The notes under the pieces are model-generated. The model was not told the origin of the DNA, did no database searches, and worked only from the letters and a program-made list of their open reading frames with translations. From Aulosira sp. ZfuVER01 (GTDB lineage: Bacteria > Cyanobacteriota > Cyanobacteriia > Cyanobacteriales > Nostocaceae), in the NCBI GenBank assembly GCA_034530615.2, contig JAVRCV020000049.1, positions 32,001-96,000 of the forward strand: a stretch of 64,000 nucleotides of DNA, written 5' to 3'. Shown piece after piece: positions 28,223-38,650 of this stretch (the stretch's first letter is position 1; the number at the start of each line of letters is the position of its first letter). Position numbers and translations under genes: made by a program.

Positions 28223-29722
28223 ATGATAAGACTTACTTACAATAATAGGCATTTACTACAATCTCCAATAAAAAAAATGAAAGACTTACTAAAACAATTT
28301 GTTCTCACAATTCAATCGGTTATTCAGTCTTCGTCTATAAATTTAGAAGTATCTGAAACTATCTACTGTCGTGATAAAATCCTAGAATTCAATTATATTG
28401 ATGATACTCCAACTTGGCAATCACAAAATCAATATATTACTAAAAAAAATTATATTCCTTCAGCAGAAGTTATCAATCTTATTAAAGATTCTACTTATTA
28501 TAAATTAATTTTAGAAGAGACAATAAAGGATGATAGTAAAATAGATAGTATATCATTAGATAGCTTGATAGACTTTTTTACAAATTTCATTTTAAATAAT
28601 AGTGACTTTCATGAAAATCAAATAGATTTATTTATAGAGCAATTTTTAAGTGATATTAATCAAGAACCATTTAAGTGTAGTGCAAATATTGAGCTTTCTG
28701 GAATAATTATAAAGGCTGCACCGATTGAATTCAGTATTAATGGGTTCAAAATTATATTAAGGGAGATTAGAATTCAAGATTTAGAGGAAGACCATATTAT
28801 TTATCCTTACTTAAATCTATCACCCGTAAAAAGTAGTCCTACCTGTGTACCTTCAGCTATTCTAAATATAGAATCATATATACTTGAAAAGTGGAAGCTT
28901 CAACTTGAAATTGAGAAAATAATAGCAATATTAAGGCTTTTTAAAGTATGTAGTGCTAGATATATTTCTTACAAACTAGATTCCGAAGCTATTCTATGGC
29001 AACGCAGAATCGGGGGAACAATTACTAGCTTAAAATATTTAAATGTTGTTCCATATAAGAAGATTAAGATAACCGAGCAAGATGTAGCAAATCTCATCTA
29101 TTTTTATAGGAAAATAGTAAATTATATACCAGAATGCCTATATGAATCTAATATCGAAAATAAAGGAATGGTTCATTTAGCTATTGCTTACAGACATTAT
29201 TGTGAAGCCATACTTAATAATACTACATTAGAGGAAAAGATTACAAATGCAGTAATTGGTTTAGAAGCTCTAATTTTATCTGAAAATCAAGAAATAGCAT
29301 TTCGGTTTTGTATACGTGGAGCAAAGATACTCAGCTTATTTAATTATTCTGCTATTGAAGTCAAAAAAAAGCTGAAAGCTGCTTATAACATCAGAAGTAC
29401 TTTTGTTCATGGTGATGATATTGAGTTGGAGAAAGAGGTAAGAAAACTAGACCAAAATTATCAATCTCAAGATTTCTTGATAGAAATTCTAGATTATCTT
29501 CGGGTATTGATAATTATAATCATTTTCTTATCAAAACAAAATGAATTTGTTAACTCAAAGAGAGGAGTAAATAATTTTGAGAAGAGAAAGTTTCTAGATA
29601 TAGTAGATGATTCTTTAATTGATAAACAACAAGAAAATAAGCTAAATAATATTTTAGAAGAGGTAAAATATTTAATAGATTTATTAATGACTTTCAACCC
29701 AGAAAAAAACTTAAGAACATAG
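28223..29722 (+). CDS. HEPN-domain protein (ApeA-like), putative defence RNase
   Basis: C-terminal IGLEAL...FRF..R...AYNIRSTFVHG carries the Rx4H HEPN motif. Strongly AT-rich. The start may be the later ATG (MKDLLKQ). Confidence 0.65.
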   Translation: MIRLTYNNRHLLQSPIKKMKDLLKQFVLTIQSVIQSSSINLEVSETIYCRDKILEFNYIDDTPTWQSQNQYITKKNYIPSAEVINLIKDSTYYKLILEETIKDDSKIDSISLDSLIDFFTNFILNNSDFHENQIDLFIEQFLSDINQEPFKCSANIELSGIIIKAAPIEFSINGFKIILREIRIQDLEEDHIIYPYLNLSPVKSSPTCVPSAILNIESYILEKWKLQLEIEKIIAILRLFKVCSARYISYKLDSEAILWQRRIGGTITSLKYLNVVPYKKIKITEQDVANLIYFYRKIVNYIPECLYESNIENKGMVHLAIAYRHYCEAILNNTTLEEKITNAVIGLEALILSENQEIAFRFCIRGAKILSLFNYSAIEVKKKLKAAYNIRSTFVHGDDIELEKEVRKLDQNYQSQDFLIEILDYLRVLIIIIIFLSKQNEFVNSKRGVNNFEKRKFLDIVDDSLIDKQQENKLNNILEEVKYLIDLLMTFNPEKNLRT

Positions 29723-29759
29723 TTTATTTATAAATTATTTAACTTAAAAATAAATAATT

Positions 29760-29786
29760 CTATCTTGCCCCGCTATCACTTACCAT
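29760..29786 (-). pseudogene. Possible 8-codon stub of the cognate GNAT toxin (MVSDSGAR-stop)
   Basis: The ATG overlaps the end of the DUF1778 gene, where the toxin start would be expected. The identity is inferred from position only. Confidence 0.35.
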
Positions 29787-30060
29787 ACTTCTCTCTATAC
29801 TTGTGAATAGCAGATTTGAGTTTTCCTTTCAATTCTGGCGGATTTTCCATCACGGACATAAATAAATCTCGATCGCGATTGGATAGTACTAACCTTTCAT
29901 TAGCATCTATATCTTGTTTAGCAGCGGGTAAAACATGAATAAGTGTATACGCACTCAAAGAAATTCCTTTGAGACTCGCAGCACGTTCTAATATTTCTTT
30001 TTGTTCTTGGGTAACTCGTAAATCTATGCGGCAATCTTTTGCAGATGATGGTTCTGACAT
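29776..30060 (-). CDS. DUF1778 / TacA-type RHH antitoxin
   Basis: RIDLRVTQEQKEILERAASLKGISLSAY...LVLSNRDRDLF...ENPP. Confidence 0.88.
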   Translation of the reverse strand: MSEPSSAKDCRIDLRVTQEQKEILERAASLKGISLSAYTLIHVLPAAKQDIDANERLVLSNRDRDLFMSVMENPPELKGKLKSAIHKYREKYGK

Positions 30061-30253
30061 GGCTATTTCCTACTTTTAGCTGAGTCTTTATTAACAGCAT
30101 AGCTAATCGTAGCGGAGAATGTACACACAATAATTTGATAAGAATCTCTAGTTTTTGTCCTTACCTGGGAAATAGCGATCGCTCTTTTCACCCACAATCT
30201 CTAACTAACTTCGATAAGATCGCTATGGTGCTACTTAAACCTTCCCTAGCCTG

Positions 30254-32818
30254 ATGAAAAGCGATCGCTCTCACTCTCCTCAAGCCACCTCATCCACTCT
30301 GCAACGTCCTGAAATCCTCGCACCAGCAGGTAATTGGGAATGTGCCAAAGCTGCTGTCGAAAATGGGGCAGATGCAATTTACTTTGGTTTGGATCGATTC
30401 AACGCCAGAATGCGAGCGCAAAATTTTACTGAGGCGGATTTACCCGAATTGATGGCATTTCTCCACCTGCGGGGTGTGAAGGGCTACGTCACAGTCAATA
30501 CACTCATCTTTCCCCAGGAACTAGCAGAAGTAGAACAATATCTGCGTTCAATTATTAGCGCAGGTGTGGATGCGGTGATTGTTCAGGATGTGGGGATATG
30601 TCGGCTCATCCGTCACCTATCGCCCGATTTTCCGATCCATGCTTCTACTCAGATGACTATCACCAGTGCCGCTGGTGTGGAATTTGCCAAGTCCCTCGGC
30701 TGTCAATTGGTAGTACTTGCCCGTGAATGTTCCCTGAAAGAAATCAATAAAATTCAGCAGCAGATTGGGCAGAAGGAGACTTCTTTGCCTTTAGAAGTGT
30801 TTGTTCACGGTGCTTTGTGCGTCGCTTATTCCGGTCAGTGCTTAACTAGCGAAGCTTTAGGTGGACGTTCTGCTAATCGTGGCGAATGTGCCCAAGCTTG
30901 CCGAATGCCCTACGAGTTAATCGCAGATGGGGAAGTTGTGAATTTGGGGGAACGCAAATATCTCCTCAGCCCCCAAGACTTAGCAGGGCTAGAAGTACTG
31001 CCCGATTTGGTGAAGTCAGGGGTGACTTCTTTAAAAATTGAAGGTCGTCTAAAAACACCAGAGTATGTTGCTAATGTCACCCGCGTTTATCGGGAAGCTT
31101 TAGATCGGGTGATGGAGGGATTAGAAAAGGACGCGGGGACGCGGGGACGCAAAGACCCGGGGAAAGTAACAAAAAACTCGGAGGCTTCTGGGGAACGCTA
31201 CAACTTGGAAATGGCATTTTCTCGCGGTATCTACACGGGCTGGTTTAAAGGAATTAATAATCAAGAATTAGTTCATGCCCGTTTTGGTAAGAAGCGTGGG
31301 GTTTATCTGGGCGAAGTCACCCGCATTAATAATGAACAGGTGGCAATTACGCTAGAAGCACCAGTTAAACCAGGGGATGGAATTGTTTTCGACTCCGGTC
31401 ATCCAGAGGCTAAGGAAGAAGGAGGTCGAGTTTATGCAGTCACGCCCAAGGGTCGAGAAACCTTGCTGACTTTTGGTCGTAGTGACCTAAACTTCCGCCG
31501 TGTGCATGTAGGCGATCGCGTTTGGAAAACTAGCGATCCAGAACTTGATAAACAATTGCGTCAGAGTTTTGCAGGCGAAAATCCGCAATTTCAGCGTCCG
31601 ATTCATCTAGAGATTTATGGCGAAGTCGATCAACCACTAACTGCGATCGCTCGCGATCAACAAGGTCATGTCGTCCAGGTGGATTCTACAATATCACTGG
31701 TGGAAGCGCACACCAAACCCCTGACTACAGAACGATTGCAAGAACAATTGGGTCGGCTGGGTAATACTCCCTTCTGTTTAGGAAGACTAACCAATCACCT
31801 CAGTGGCGCGGTGATGATACCCGTGAGTGAGTTAAACAGAATACGGCGAGATATAGTAGCGAAGTTAGAAGAGTTACGCAGTCAGCCCCAACGCTGGGAA
31901 TTACGTTCTCATTTTTCTTTTAAAGACCTACTCCCCACCTCATCCCTCTTATCTTCCTCATCTCCCTCACTCATCGTCCTAGTACGTAACCTCAAGCAAC
32001 TCCAAGCTGCACTCCAAGCGGGAATCCAGACACTTTACTGTGAATTTGAAGACCCACGCTTCTATCGGGAAGCAGTGCAGATGGTGCGTCAAGGACAAAC
32101 TATTGGCAATCAAACTATTTGGGTTGCACCGCCGCGAATTACCAAACCTGGGGAAAACTGGATTTTACAACAAGTACGTGATTGTAATGCAGATGGTTAT
32201 CTGGTGCGGAACTACGATCAATTACAATTCTTTGCCCAAGACCGTTGTATTGGAGATTTTTCACTCAATGTTGCTAATGCTTTAACAGCAGACTACTTTC
32301 AGCAGCACTATGGCTTAGAACGGTTAACAGCATCCTACGACCTGAATATTACTCAATTAGAGAACCTGCTCACCAGTTGTCCACCCCAGTGGTTTGAGGT
32401 GACAATCCATCAACATATGCCGATGTTTCACATGGAGCATTGTGTATTTTGTGCGTTTCTCTCTACAGGTACGGACTACACTAACTGTGGACGACCTTGT
32501 GAAAAACAGGAAGTGAAATTACGCGACCGTGTGGGTAGCGAACACGTCCTCAAAGCAGATGTAGGTTGCCGCAATACTGTATTTAACAGCACCGCTCAAA
32601 CAGGAGCCGAGTACGTACAGCGACTCATAAATCTGGGATTAAGACAATTCCGCATCGAGTTTGTCAATGAGTCACCCGAGCAAGTGAGTAAAACGATACA
32701 TTGCTACCGCCAACTCCTGCAAGGTGAGATTACAGGCTCTCAACTTTGGCGCGAGTTAAAGCTGCAAAATCAGCTAGGTGTAACTCGCGGCCCTATGGGT
32801 GTGTCTCCTGTCAGGTAA
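30254..32818 (+). CDS. Peptidase U32 family protein (long RlhA-like form, probable RNA hydroxylase)
   Basis: PEILAPAG, GADAIYFG, HASTQM, EVFVHGALCVAYSGQC, NRGECAQACR, LKIEGR. Confidence 0.9.
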   Translation: MKSDRSHSPQATSSTLQRPEILAPAGNWECAKAAVENGADAIYFGLDRFNARMRAQNFTEADLPELMAFLHLRGVKGYVTVNTLIFPQELAEVEQYLRSIISAGVDAVIVQDVGICRLIRHLSPDFPIHASTQMTITSAAGVEFAKSLGCQLVVLARECSLKEINKIQQQIGQKETSLPLEVFVHGALCVAYSGQCLTSEALGGRSANRGECAQACRMPYELIADGEVVNLGERKYLLSPQDLAGLEVLPDLVKSGVTSLKIEGRLKTPEYVANVTRVYREALDRVMEGLEKDAGTRGRKDPGKVTKNSEASGERYNLEMAFSRGIYTGWFKGINNQELVHARFGKKRGVYLGEVTRINNEQVAITLEAPVKPGDGIVFDSGHPEAKEEGGRVYAVTPKGRETLLTFGRSDLNFRRVHVGDRVWKTSDPELDKQLRQSFAGENPQFQRPIHLEIYGEVDQPLTAIARDQQGHVVQVDSTISLVEAHTKPLTTERLQEQLGRLGNTPFCLGRLTNHLSGAVMIPVSELNRIRRDIVAKLEELRSQPQRWELRSHFSFKDLLPTSSLLSSSSPSLIVLVRNLKQLQAALQAGIQTLYCEFEDPRFYREAVQMVRQGQTIGNQTIWVAPPRITKPGENWILQQVRDCNADGYLVRNYDQLQFFAQDRCIGDFSLNVANALTADYFQQHYGLERLTASYDLNITQLENLLTSCPPQWFEVTIHQHMPMFHMEHCVFCAFLSTGTDYTNCGRPCEKQEVKLRDRVGSEHVLKADVGCRNTVFNSTAQTGAEYVQRLINLGLRQFRIEFVNESPEQVSKTIHCYRQLLQGEITGSQLWRELKLQNQLGVTRGPMGVSPVR

Positions 32819-32845
32819 TCAGGTAGAGACAGGTGGAAACTGCCT

Positions 32846-35800
32846 CTAGGAAGCAATAGCAACGTTCTTGCTGACTTCCTGGTGGACGGGAATGCGGATG
32901 ATAAACTCCGCTCCCTCTGTTGGTGCTGAGATACAAGAAAGTGAACCACCATGTTTGTCAGTAACAATTTGGTAGCTAATCGATAAGCCCATACCCGTGC
33001 CTTTGCCGACAGCTTTTGTCGTGAAGAAGGGATCGAACAGGCGTTGTCTAACTGACTCTGGCATCCCCGAACCATTGTCTGCAATGCGAATTTCGACTTG
33101 ATGAGCATCAACCTGTTCAGTGTAAATCGTAATGCTTGGGCTAGTGATTTGTTGTTGATGATTCACTAATGAGTCTTCTAAAGCATCGATCGCATTACTC
33201 AACACATTCATAAACACTTGATTGAGTTCTCCGGCATAGCATTCCACTTTGGGTAGGTTGCCATAATGTTTGCTTACCTCAATCCCAGGATGCTCTGGCT
33301 TGGCTTTGAGGCGATGTTGCAGAATCATCAGAGTGCTGTCAATGCCATCATGAATATTCACCGCTTTCATCTCCGCTTCGTCCATGCGCGAGAAGATTCG
33401 TAGCGAAGCGACAATGTTGCGAATTCGATCTGCTCCAATCCGCATAGAAGACAATAGTTTGGGCAAATCTTCCAGCAGAAATTCCAGATCTATTGCCTCC
33501 GCTTCTTCCTCAATCTCTGGATGAGGAGATGGGTAATGTTTTTGGTAAAGTGCCAGCAGTCTCAATACATCTTGGGTGTAGTTGTTGGCATGATTGAGAT
33601 TGCCAAAGATAAAATTGACCGGGTTGTTGATTTCGTGGGCTACGCCTGCAACTAGTTGTCCCAGACTGGACATTTTTTCAGTCTGCACAAGTTGAGCTTG
33701 GGTTTGTTGTAGTTTGTTCAGGTATTGTTGAAGTTCTTCGGCTTTTTCTCGCTCGCGAGTTTCCGATGCCTGCAAAGCTGCGTTTTTATTTTCGAGTTCT
33801 TGTGAATAAGTTTGGAGATTGCTGTAGAGACGGGCGTTATCAATCGCAATCGACATTTGGGCACTCAATAAACTCAGTACCCTCACTCGTTCTGAAGTAA
33901 AAGCACCAGAAATTAGATTATTTTCTAGATAAATAATACCAGTAAATTTACCGGAGTGAATCAGCGGTAGACACACAATAGATTTAGATTGGTGAGTCGT
34001 AATATAAGCATCAGATGCAAAGTATGAGTCTTTAACAGCATTGTCTAAAACTAGGTATTCTCTGGTTCTTTCAACATAATTAAATAAAGCGAGCGGAAGT
34101 AAAGGTAAATTAGTTTCATCCTCCCAGTTAACAAGAACACTAACGTTCTGACTTTCAACTTTTCCCACTGCTTCTAACATCCATTGATTCTCGTGCTTGG
34201 CAATAAAATAACCTTGTTGAGCGCCAGCATTTTCGATGACAATTTTCATCATTTTTGCGAGCAGGTTAGTTAGCACCATTTCTTCAGACAGAACTTGAGA
34301 AGCTTTCATCACTGTCATCAAGTCGAGAAGGTGGGAACCTCCGGTAGTTGTGGAACTGGTTTGAGTTAGTTCTTTGTAATTTGTTGCAAAGTTTTGTATG
34401 TTTGATGCTCGCGTAATTAATTGCGGGTATTTTGATTCTAAATCTTTGACTTTAGCAGTTGCCCCCCAACGCATATAGGCGTAGTAGGCATCTGTCATGT
34501 AAGTTTTGGCAATGCTTTGTTTATTCCATGACAGATAGAATTTGGCTGCCAGTTCGTAAGCTAATGCTTCTTCGTTGATGTACTCGTTTTCTTTAGCGAG
34601 TGCGATCGCGCGATCGTACATCTCAATTGCTTCTAATTTTTCGCCTAAAACCCGATGCCGTTCTGCCTCTACTAAATAGAATTTATGCAAATGATTCATT
34701 GGGGCATGATGCGCCCATTTTTGCATTTTTTCTTGATTAGCTTGTACGCGCTCGAGAATGCCCTGCTGCTCAGACTCTAAATTATCGCCATATACTGCCA
34801 GCCGTATTAAAGAATCGTATAAATGGAAAATAACAAAAACTACTTGCCCTGTAGCTGCACCCAAATAATTTTCTGCTTGATTGAGATTTTCTAGCGCTTG
34901 GGAGTAGTCTTCAAAGCGATAACAAAGCTCTAATTTGTGAAAGTATACAAATTGAATTGCTACTTGGTCGTTGGTTGAGCGGTGCAGTGGTAGCATTTCC
35001 TCCTCGTCGTAGGTTTCACCTCTTAAAATGCAGGGATTTTGGCTTTTACCCATCATGTTTAAGACAGCTTGCCAATGGATTTCCTGATAATGAAGTGCTG
35101 TTTCTTGTTTGACTCTACTAATAGCATCCCAGTAGGTTGCCATTTCTTGTTCAACGAGAGTTAATTGCTTACCAATCAAATATAGTTGATAGCAGTATTC
35201 AAATGCACCATAGGCAGCATATTCTAAATCTCCAGTTTCCAATCCCCTAAAGTAATTTGACTGCATTGGTTCTAAGGTATTGCTGACGTGTTCTTTCCAA
35301 TGCCGAATCAGTATATTTACTATTTGGTACGTCTTGGTACTGACTTCTTTAGCATTTAACTTTGAAAGCAAACTTAAAGCTAATTGACCAAATTGATAGC
35401 CTCGCTCGATATCTCCCACAACCCCACACAGAAGAAAACCATAAAGGGAGTATGCATAAGGAGACACAGAAGCATTACCATACTGAACAGATAAATTGAC
35501 TTGTTGACATACCACTAGGGGCACTATTCCTGGAGCGCCCAAGTAGGCGGCAATAAATAGACTTGATAGTAGTCTCAAAGCTGCTAGTTTATCCGGGTCG
35601 GTCATTTGAGGTAAGTAGAGCAAGTCCGAAGTTTCCTTTCTACTCAAAATGGATGCCGTTTCCTCTAATGCTTGTCCAATATCTGAAGGGTTCACTGTTT
35701 CGGGAAACTCCACTCCCAGAAGCTTTAAGACTTTTAGTCCTGTATTAATGGCATCAATTAAGTTGTTCTGCCCCATGTAAGCTTGCATCTGGACTTCATA

Positions 35801-38359
35801 CACTTTAATTTTGTCCAGCAGCGTTTTAGCATAGTTTTGGACTATCTCAACTAATCTCTGCATTCCTTGAAAATCACCACTCAAAAAAGCTGCCTCTGCG
35901 GCTTCTGAGTGCAGTGATAATGTCAGTTCATATTGAAACCTCCAGCTTTCTTCTGCTAACAGTCCCAAACCAACTTGCAAATATTTGATAGCAGAATCGT
36001 GCGCTGTAGCTGCTTTTGCTCTTTTACCTGCTATGAGGTTAAGTTGGGCTAGTTCATATTTTTCTGTTTCAGATATCAGTAAATCTGTACCGTAATTGAG
36101 TTGATTAACTAAAGAAAAAATATTTTCTTTGCGTGCTTCTGGTGTAGTGTTTTGTAGCAGTAATTGACCAATTTTTAAGTGAGTTTCTTTTTTCTTATCT
36201 TCTGGAATTAAAGAATAAGCCGCTTGCTGTACTCTGTCATGTAAAAACTTGTAATCAACCTTGACATCAGTTAAGGTAATACCACCTGATTCTTCATGAC
36301 CAAAGACCAAAGGAATTTTGTAATCTTGAGTTAACGGCAAAATTAACCCAGCTTGCAGTGCTGACCATAATTGCGCCGCAGTTGTGAGGAAAGATGCTTC
36401 ATTAACGATCGCTAATACATCTAAATTAAAAGTATTACCAATACAAGCCGCTAGTTTGAGGACTTCTTGGGTCTCTATTGAAAGCTTGCGAATGTTTCTC
36501 GCAGTCAGTTCCACAACATTTAGGTCAGTAATACCAATCGCTTGAATATCTTCAATATCCCACTGCCACACCCCAGACTGGTAGTTGTATGTTAATAGGT
36601 CTTCCTGATGCAGGGTTAAGAGCAGTTGCGTTAAAAAGAACGGGTTCCCTCCAGTTTTATGGAATAATAATTCTGCAAGTTCCTGGCTGCGTTCTATGTC
36701 ATTCAACGTATCACCAACTAACGCTTGCACATCCGTTAACTGTAACGGTGACAGAAAGATGTTATTTACCACCGCATCTGCTGTTTGAATTTTGGACAAA
36801 CTCATCATCAGGGGGTGGGTGGGCGACACTTCATTATCGCGATATGCTCCAATTAATAATAAATATTGGCGTAGCTTGCCGCCGTAGGCATCGCTATCGC
36901 TCATCAATAGCTCAATTAAGTTCAGCGATGCCGAATCTGCCCACTGTAAGTCATCCAAGAAAACAACCAGAGGATGATCTTGGGTTGTAAATACACCAAT
37001 GAATTGCCCAAAGACAAGATTGAAGCGATGTTGAGTTTCAGTTGCACCTAGTTGTGCGATCGCTGGCTGAGTCCCAATAATTAATTCCACCTCTGGAATC
37101 ACATCGATAATGACTTGCCCATTCTCACCCAACGCGGTTAACAGTTTCTCTTTCCATGCTTGGATTTGAGCCGTGCTTTCGGTGAGTAATTGTCTAACTA
37201 AGGATTGGAACGCCTGAATCAACGACGTATAGGGAATATTGCGTTTGAACTGATCGAACTTACCTGCAATGAAATAACCCCTTGCGCCCACAATCGGTTT
37301 ATGAACTTCATTGACAACACAAGTCTTACCAATCCCTGAATAACCAGAAACTAGCATCAGTTCGCTACTACCACTCGCCACACGTTCAAACGCAGCCATT
37401 AAAGTTGCTACTTCTGCTTCCCGTCCGTAAAGCTTTTGAGGAATCAAAAAATGCCCAGATTTATCTCTTCTTCCTGGTACAAAGTTTTCAATCTTGCCAG
37501 TCGTTTGCAGCCCAAACAAGCATTCTTCTAAATCTGCTTTCAGTCCCCAAGCGCTTTGATAGCGCTGTTCTGCTGTTTTCGCTAACAGCTTTAAAATAAT
37601 CGCACCAATCGCCTCTGGCACATCTTCAGATAAGCGACACACAGTTTCTTTACAGGGTGCTTTTGGCATTTTAGCAATGTGACAGTGTACCAACTCCATT
37701 GGATCGGTAGCGTGAAAAGGTAAATTACCCGTCAGCATTTCATACAAAGTCACACCCAACGAGTAGAAATCACTGCGGTAGTCAATCGTCCGGTTCATTC
37801 TACCGGTTTGCTCTGGTGACATATAAGCCAGCGTACCTTCGAGCAAATTCGGATTGCTCAAGCTGGGATTTTCTTTATCGAGGCGCGAAGAGATACTAAA
37901 GTCAATTAGTTTCACTTCCCCAGAATCGGGGTCAATTAGAATATTGTGCGGCTTAATATCTTTATGAATAATCTGTTGGGCGTGGAGTTCTCCTAATGTT
38001 TGTGCCAAATTAATTGCCACTTTCAAGAAAGTAATCAAGCTGGTGGTTTGATTGGCAATCACTTCTTTAAGCAAGCAACCTGGAATGTCTTCCAAAATCA
38101 ACGCCAAACCATGCTGATAATTCTTTAACTCATAAGGTTTAACAATCCCTGGAATTTGCAGCGGCTCAATGATTTGATATTCGTGGCGTAGTCGCGCAAT
38201 GTCTTCCAAGGATGGATGTTCGTCTAGGAGAGTTTTGACAATGACGCTGACGTTATCAGTTTTTCTGCGTCCGCGATAAATTACGGTTTTACTACCGGAG
38301 TGAATAGTGTCTAGGATTTGATAACCAGATAAAGTCGCTGTCATTGTCTTCACTTGCAA
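32846..38359 (-). CDS. Hybrid Ser/Thr kinase - AAA ATPase - GAF - histidine kinase (HstK-type)
   Basis: HKDIKP, YMSPEQTGR, GYSGIGKT, DDLQWAD, TPR-like region, GAF (YLENNL), H-box VAHEINNP, DPFFTTK..GKGTGMGL. Confidence 0.93.
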   Translation of the reverse strand: MQVKTMTATLSGYQILDTIHSGSKTVIYRGRRKTDNVSVIVKTLLDEHPSLEDIARLRHEYQIIEPLQIPGIVKPYELKNYQHGLALILEDIPGCLLKEVIANQTTSLITFLKVAINLAQTLGELHAQQIIHKDIKPHNILIDPDSGEVKLIDFSISSRLDKENPSLSNPNLLEGTLAYMSPEQTGRMNRTIDYRSDFYSLGVTLYEMLTGNLPFHATDPMELVHCHIAKMPKAPCKETVCRLSEDVPEAIGAIILKLLAKTAEQRYQSAWGLKADLEECLFGLQTTGKIENFVPGRRDKSGHFLIPQKLYGREAEVATLMAAFERVASGSSELMLVSGYSGIGKTCVVNEVHKPIVGARGYFIAGKFDQFKRNIPYTSLIQAFQSLVRQLLTESTAQIQAWKEKLLTALGENGQVIIDVIPEVELIIGTQPAIAQLGATETQHRFNLVFGQFIGVFTTQDHPLVVFLDDLQWADSASLNLIELLMSDSDAYGGKLRQYLLLIGAYRDNEVSPTHPLMMSLSKIQTADAVVNNIFLSPLQLTDVQALVGDTLNDIERSQELAELLFHKTGGNPFFLTQLLLTLHQEDLLTYNYQSGVWQWDIEDIQAIGITDLNVVELTARNIRKLSIETQEVLKLAACIGNTFNLDVLAIVNEASFLTTAAQLWSALQAGLILPLTQDYKIPLVFGHEESGGITLTDVKVDYKFLHDRVQQAAYSLIPEDKKKETHLKIGQLLLQNTTPEARKENIFSLVNQLNYGTDLLISETEKYELAQLNLIAGKRAKAATAHDSAIKYLQVGLGLLAEESWRFQYELTLSLHSEAAEAAFLSGDFQGMQRLVEIVQNYAKTLLDKIKVYEVQMQAYMGQNNLIDAINTGLKVLKLLGVEFPETVNPSDIGQALEETASILSRKETSDLLYLPQMTDPDKLAALRLLSSLFIAAYLGAPGIVPLVVCQQVNLSVQYGNASVSPYAYSLYGFLLCGVVGDIERGYQFGQLALSLLSKLNAKEVSTKTYQIVNILIRHWKEHVSNTLEPMQSNYFRGLETGDLEYAAYGAFEYCYQLYLIGKQLTLVEQEMATYWDAISRVKQETALHYQEIHWQAVLNMMGKSQNPCILRGETYDEEEMLPLHRSTNDQVAIQFVYFHKLELCYRFEDYSQALENLNQAENYLGAATGQVVFVIFHLYDSLIRLAVYGDNLESEQQGILERVQANQEKMQKWAHHAPMNHLHKFYLVEAERHRVLGEKLEAIEMYDRAIALAKENEYINEEALAYELAAKFYLSWNKQSIAKTYMTDAYYAYMRWGATAKVKDLESKYPQLITRASNIQNFATNYKELTQTSSTTTGGSHLLDLMTVMKASQVLSEEMVLTNLLAKMMKIVIENAGAQQGYFIAKHENQWMLEAVGKVESQNVSVLVNWEDETNLPLLPLALFNYVERTREYLVLDNAVKDSYFASDAYITTHQSKSIVCLPLIHSGKFTGIIYLENNLISGAFTSERVRVLSLLSAQMSIAIDNARLYSNLQTYSQELENKNAALQASETREREKAEELQQYLNKLQQTQAQLVQTEKMSSLGQLVAGVAHEINNPVNFIFGNLNHANNYTQDVLRLLALYQKHYPSPHPEIEEEAEAIDLEFLLEDLPKLLSSMRIGADRIRNIVASLRIFSRMDEAEMKAVNIHDGIDSTLMILQHRLKAKPEHPGIEVSKHYGNLPKVECYAGELNQVFMNVLSNAIDALEDSLVNHQQQITSPSITIYTEQVDAHQVEIRIADNGSGMPESVRQRLFDPFFTTKAVGKGTGMGLSISYQIVTDKHGGSLSCISAPTEGAEFIIRIPVHQEVSKNVAIAS
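36872..36889. repeat. 18-bp small dispersed repeat inserted in a HIP1 site, in frame within the kinase
   Basis: gcg[tagcttgccgccgtaggc]atcgc. Removing the insert restores GCGATCGC and removes AYGGKL from the protein. Confidence 0.7.
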
Positions 38360-38650
38360 TACTAAGTATCCTTAATATTCCCGTGCAAGTTTTAATTCGT
38401 AATATTTGTTACAAAAGTTTGTAGTATTTGCAACATAAATATGTATGTTTTTCTGCAATATTTACGTATACAATTCACTCAAAAATTTGATTCAGTCATT
38501 CTTAAGCTCAAACTCAATAATCCAGGTAAAAATTAGTAAGTGTATATTTAATGTCAACTCTTCAAAAACTAATTTTATGCAGTCATCGCTGTGGCGCTTT
38601 GAAAAGCGCTTGAGCCACTGTCTACAAGCTCTCCCATTTTTAAGCTAAAT

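Noticed and set aside
38415..38440. NtcA-like site (GTA-N8-AAC) upstream of the hybrid kinase
   Set aside because: One mismatch in an AT-rich context is too likely by chance.
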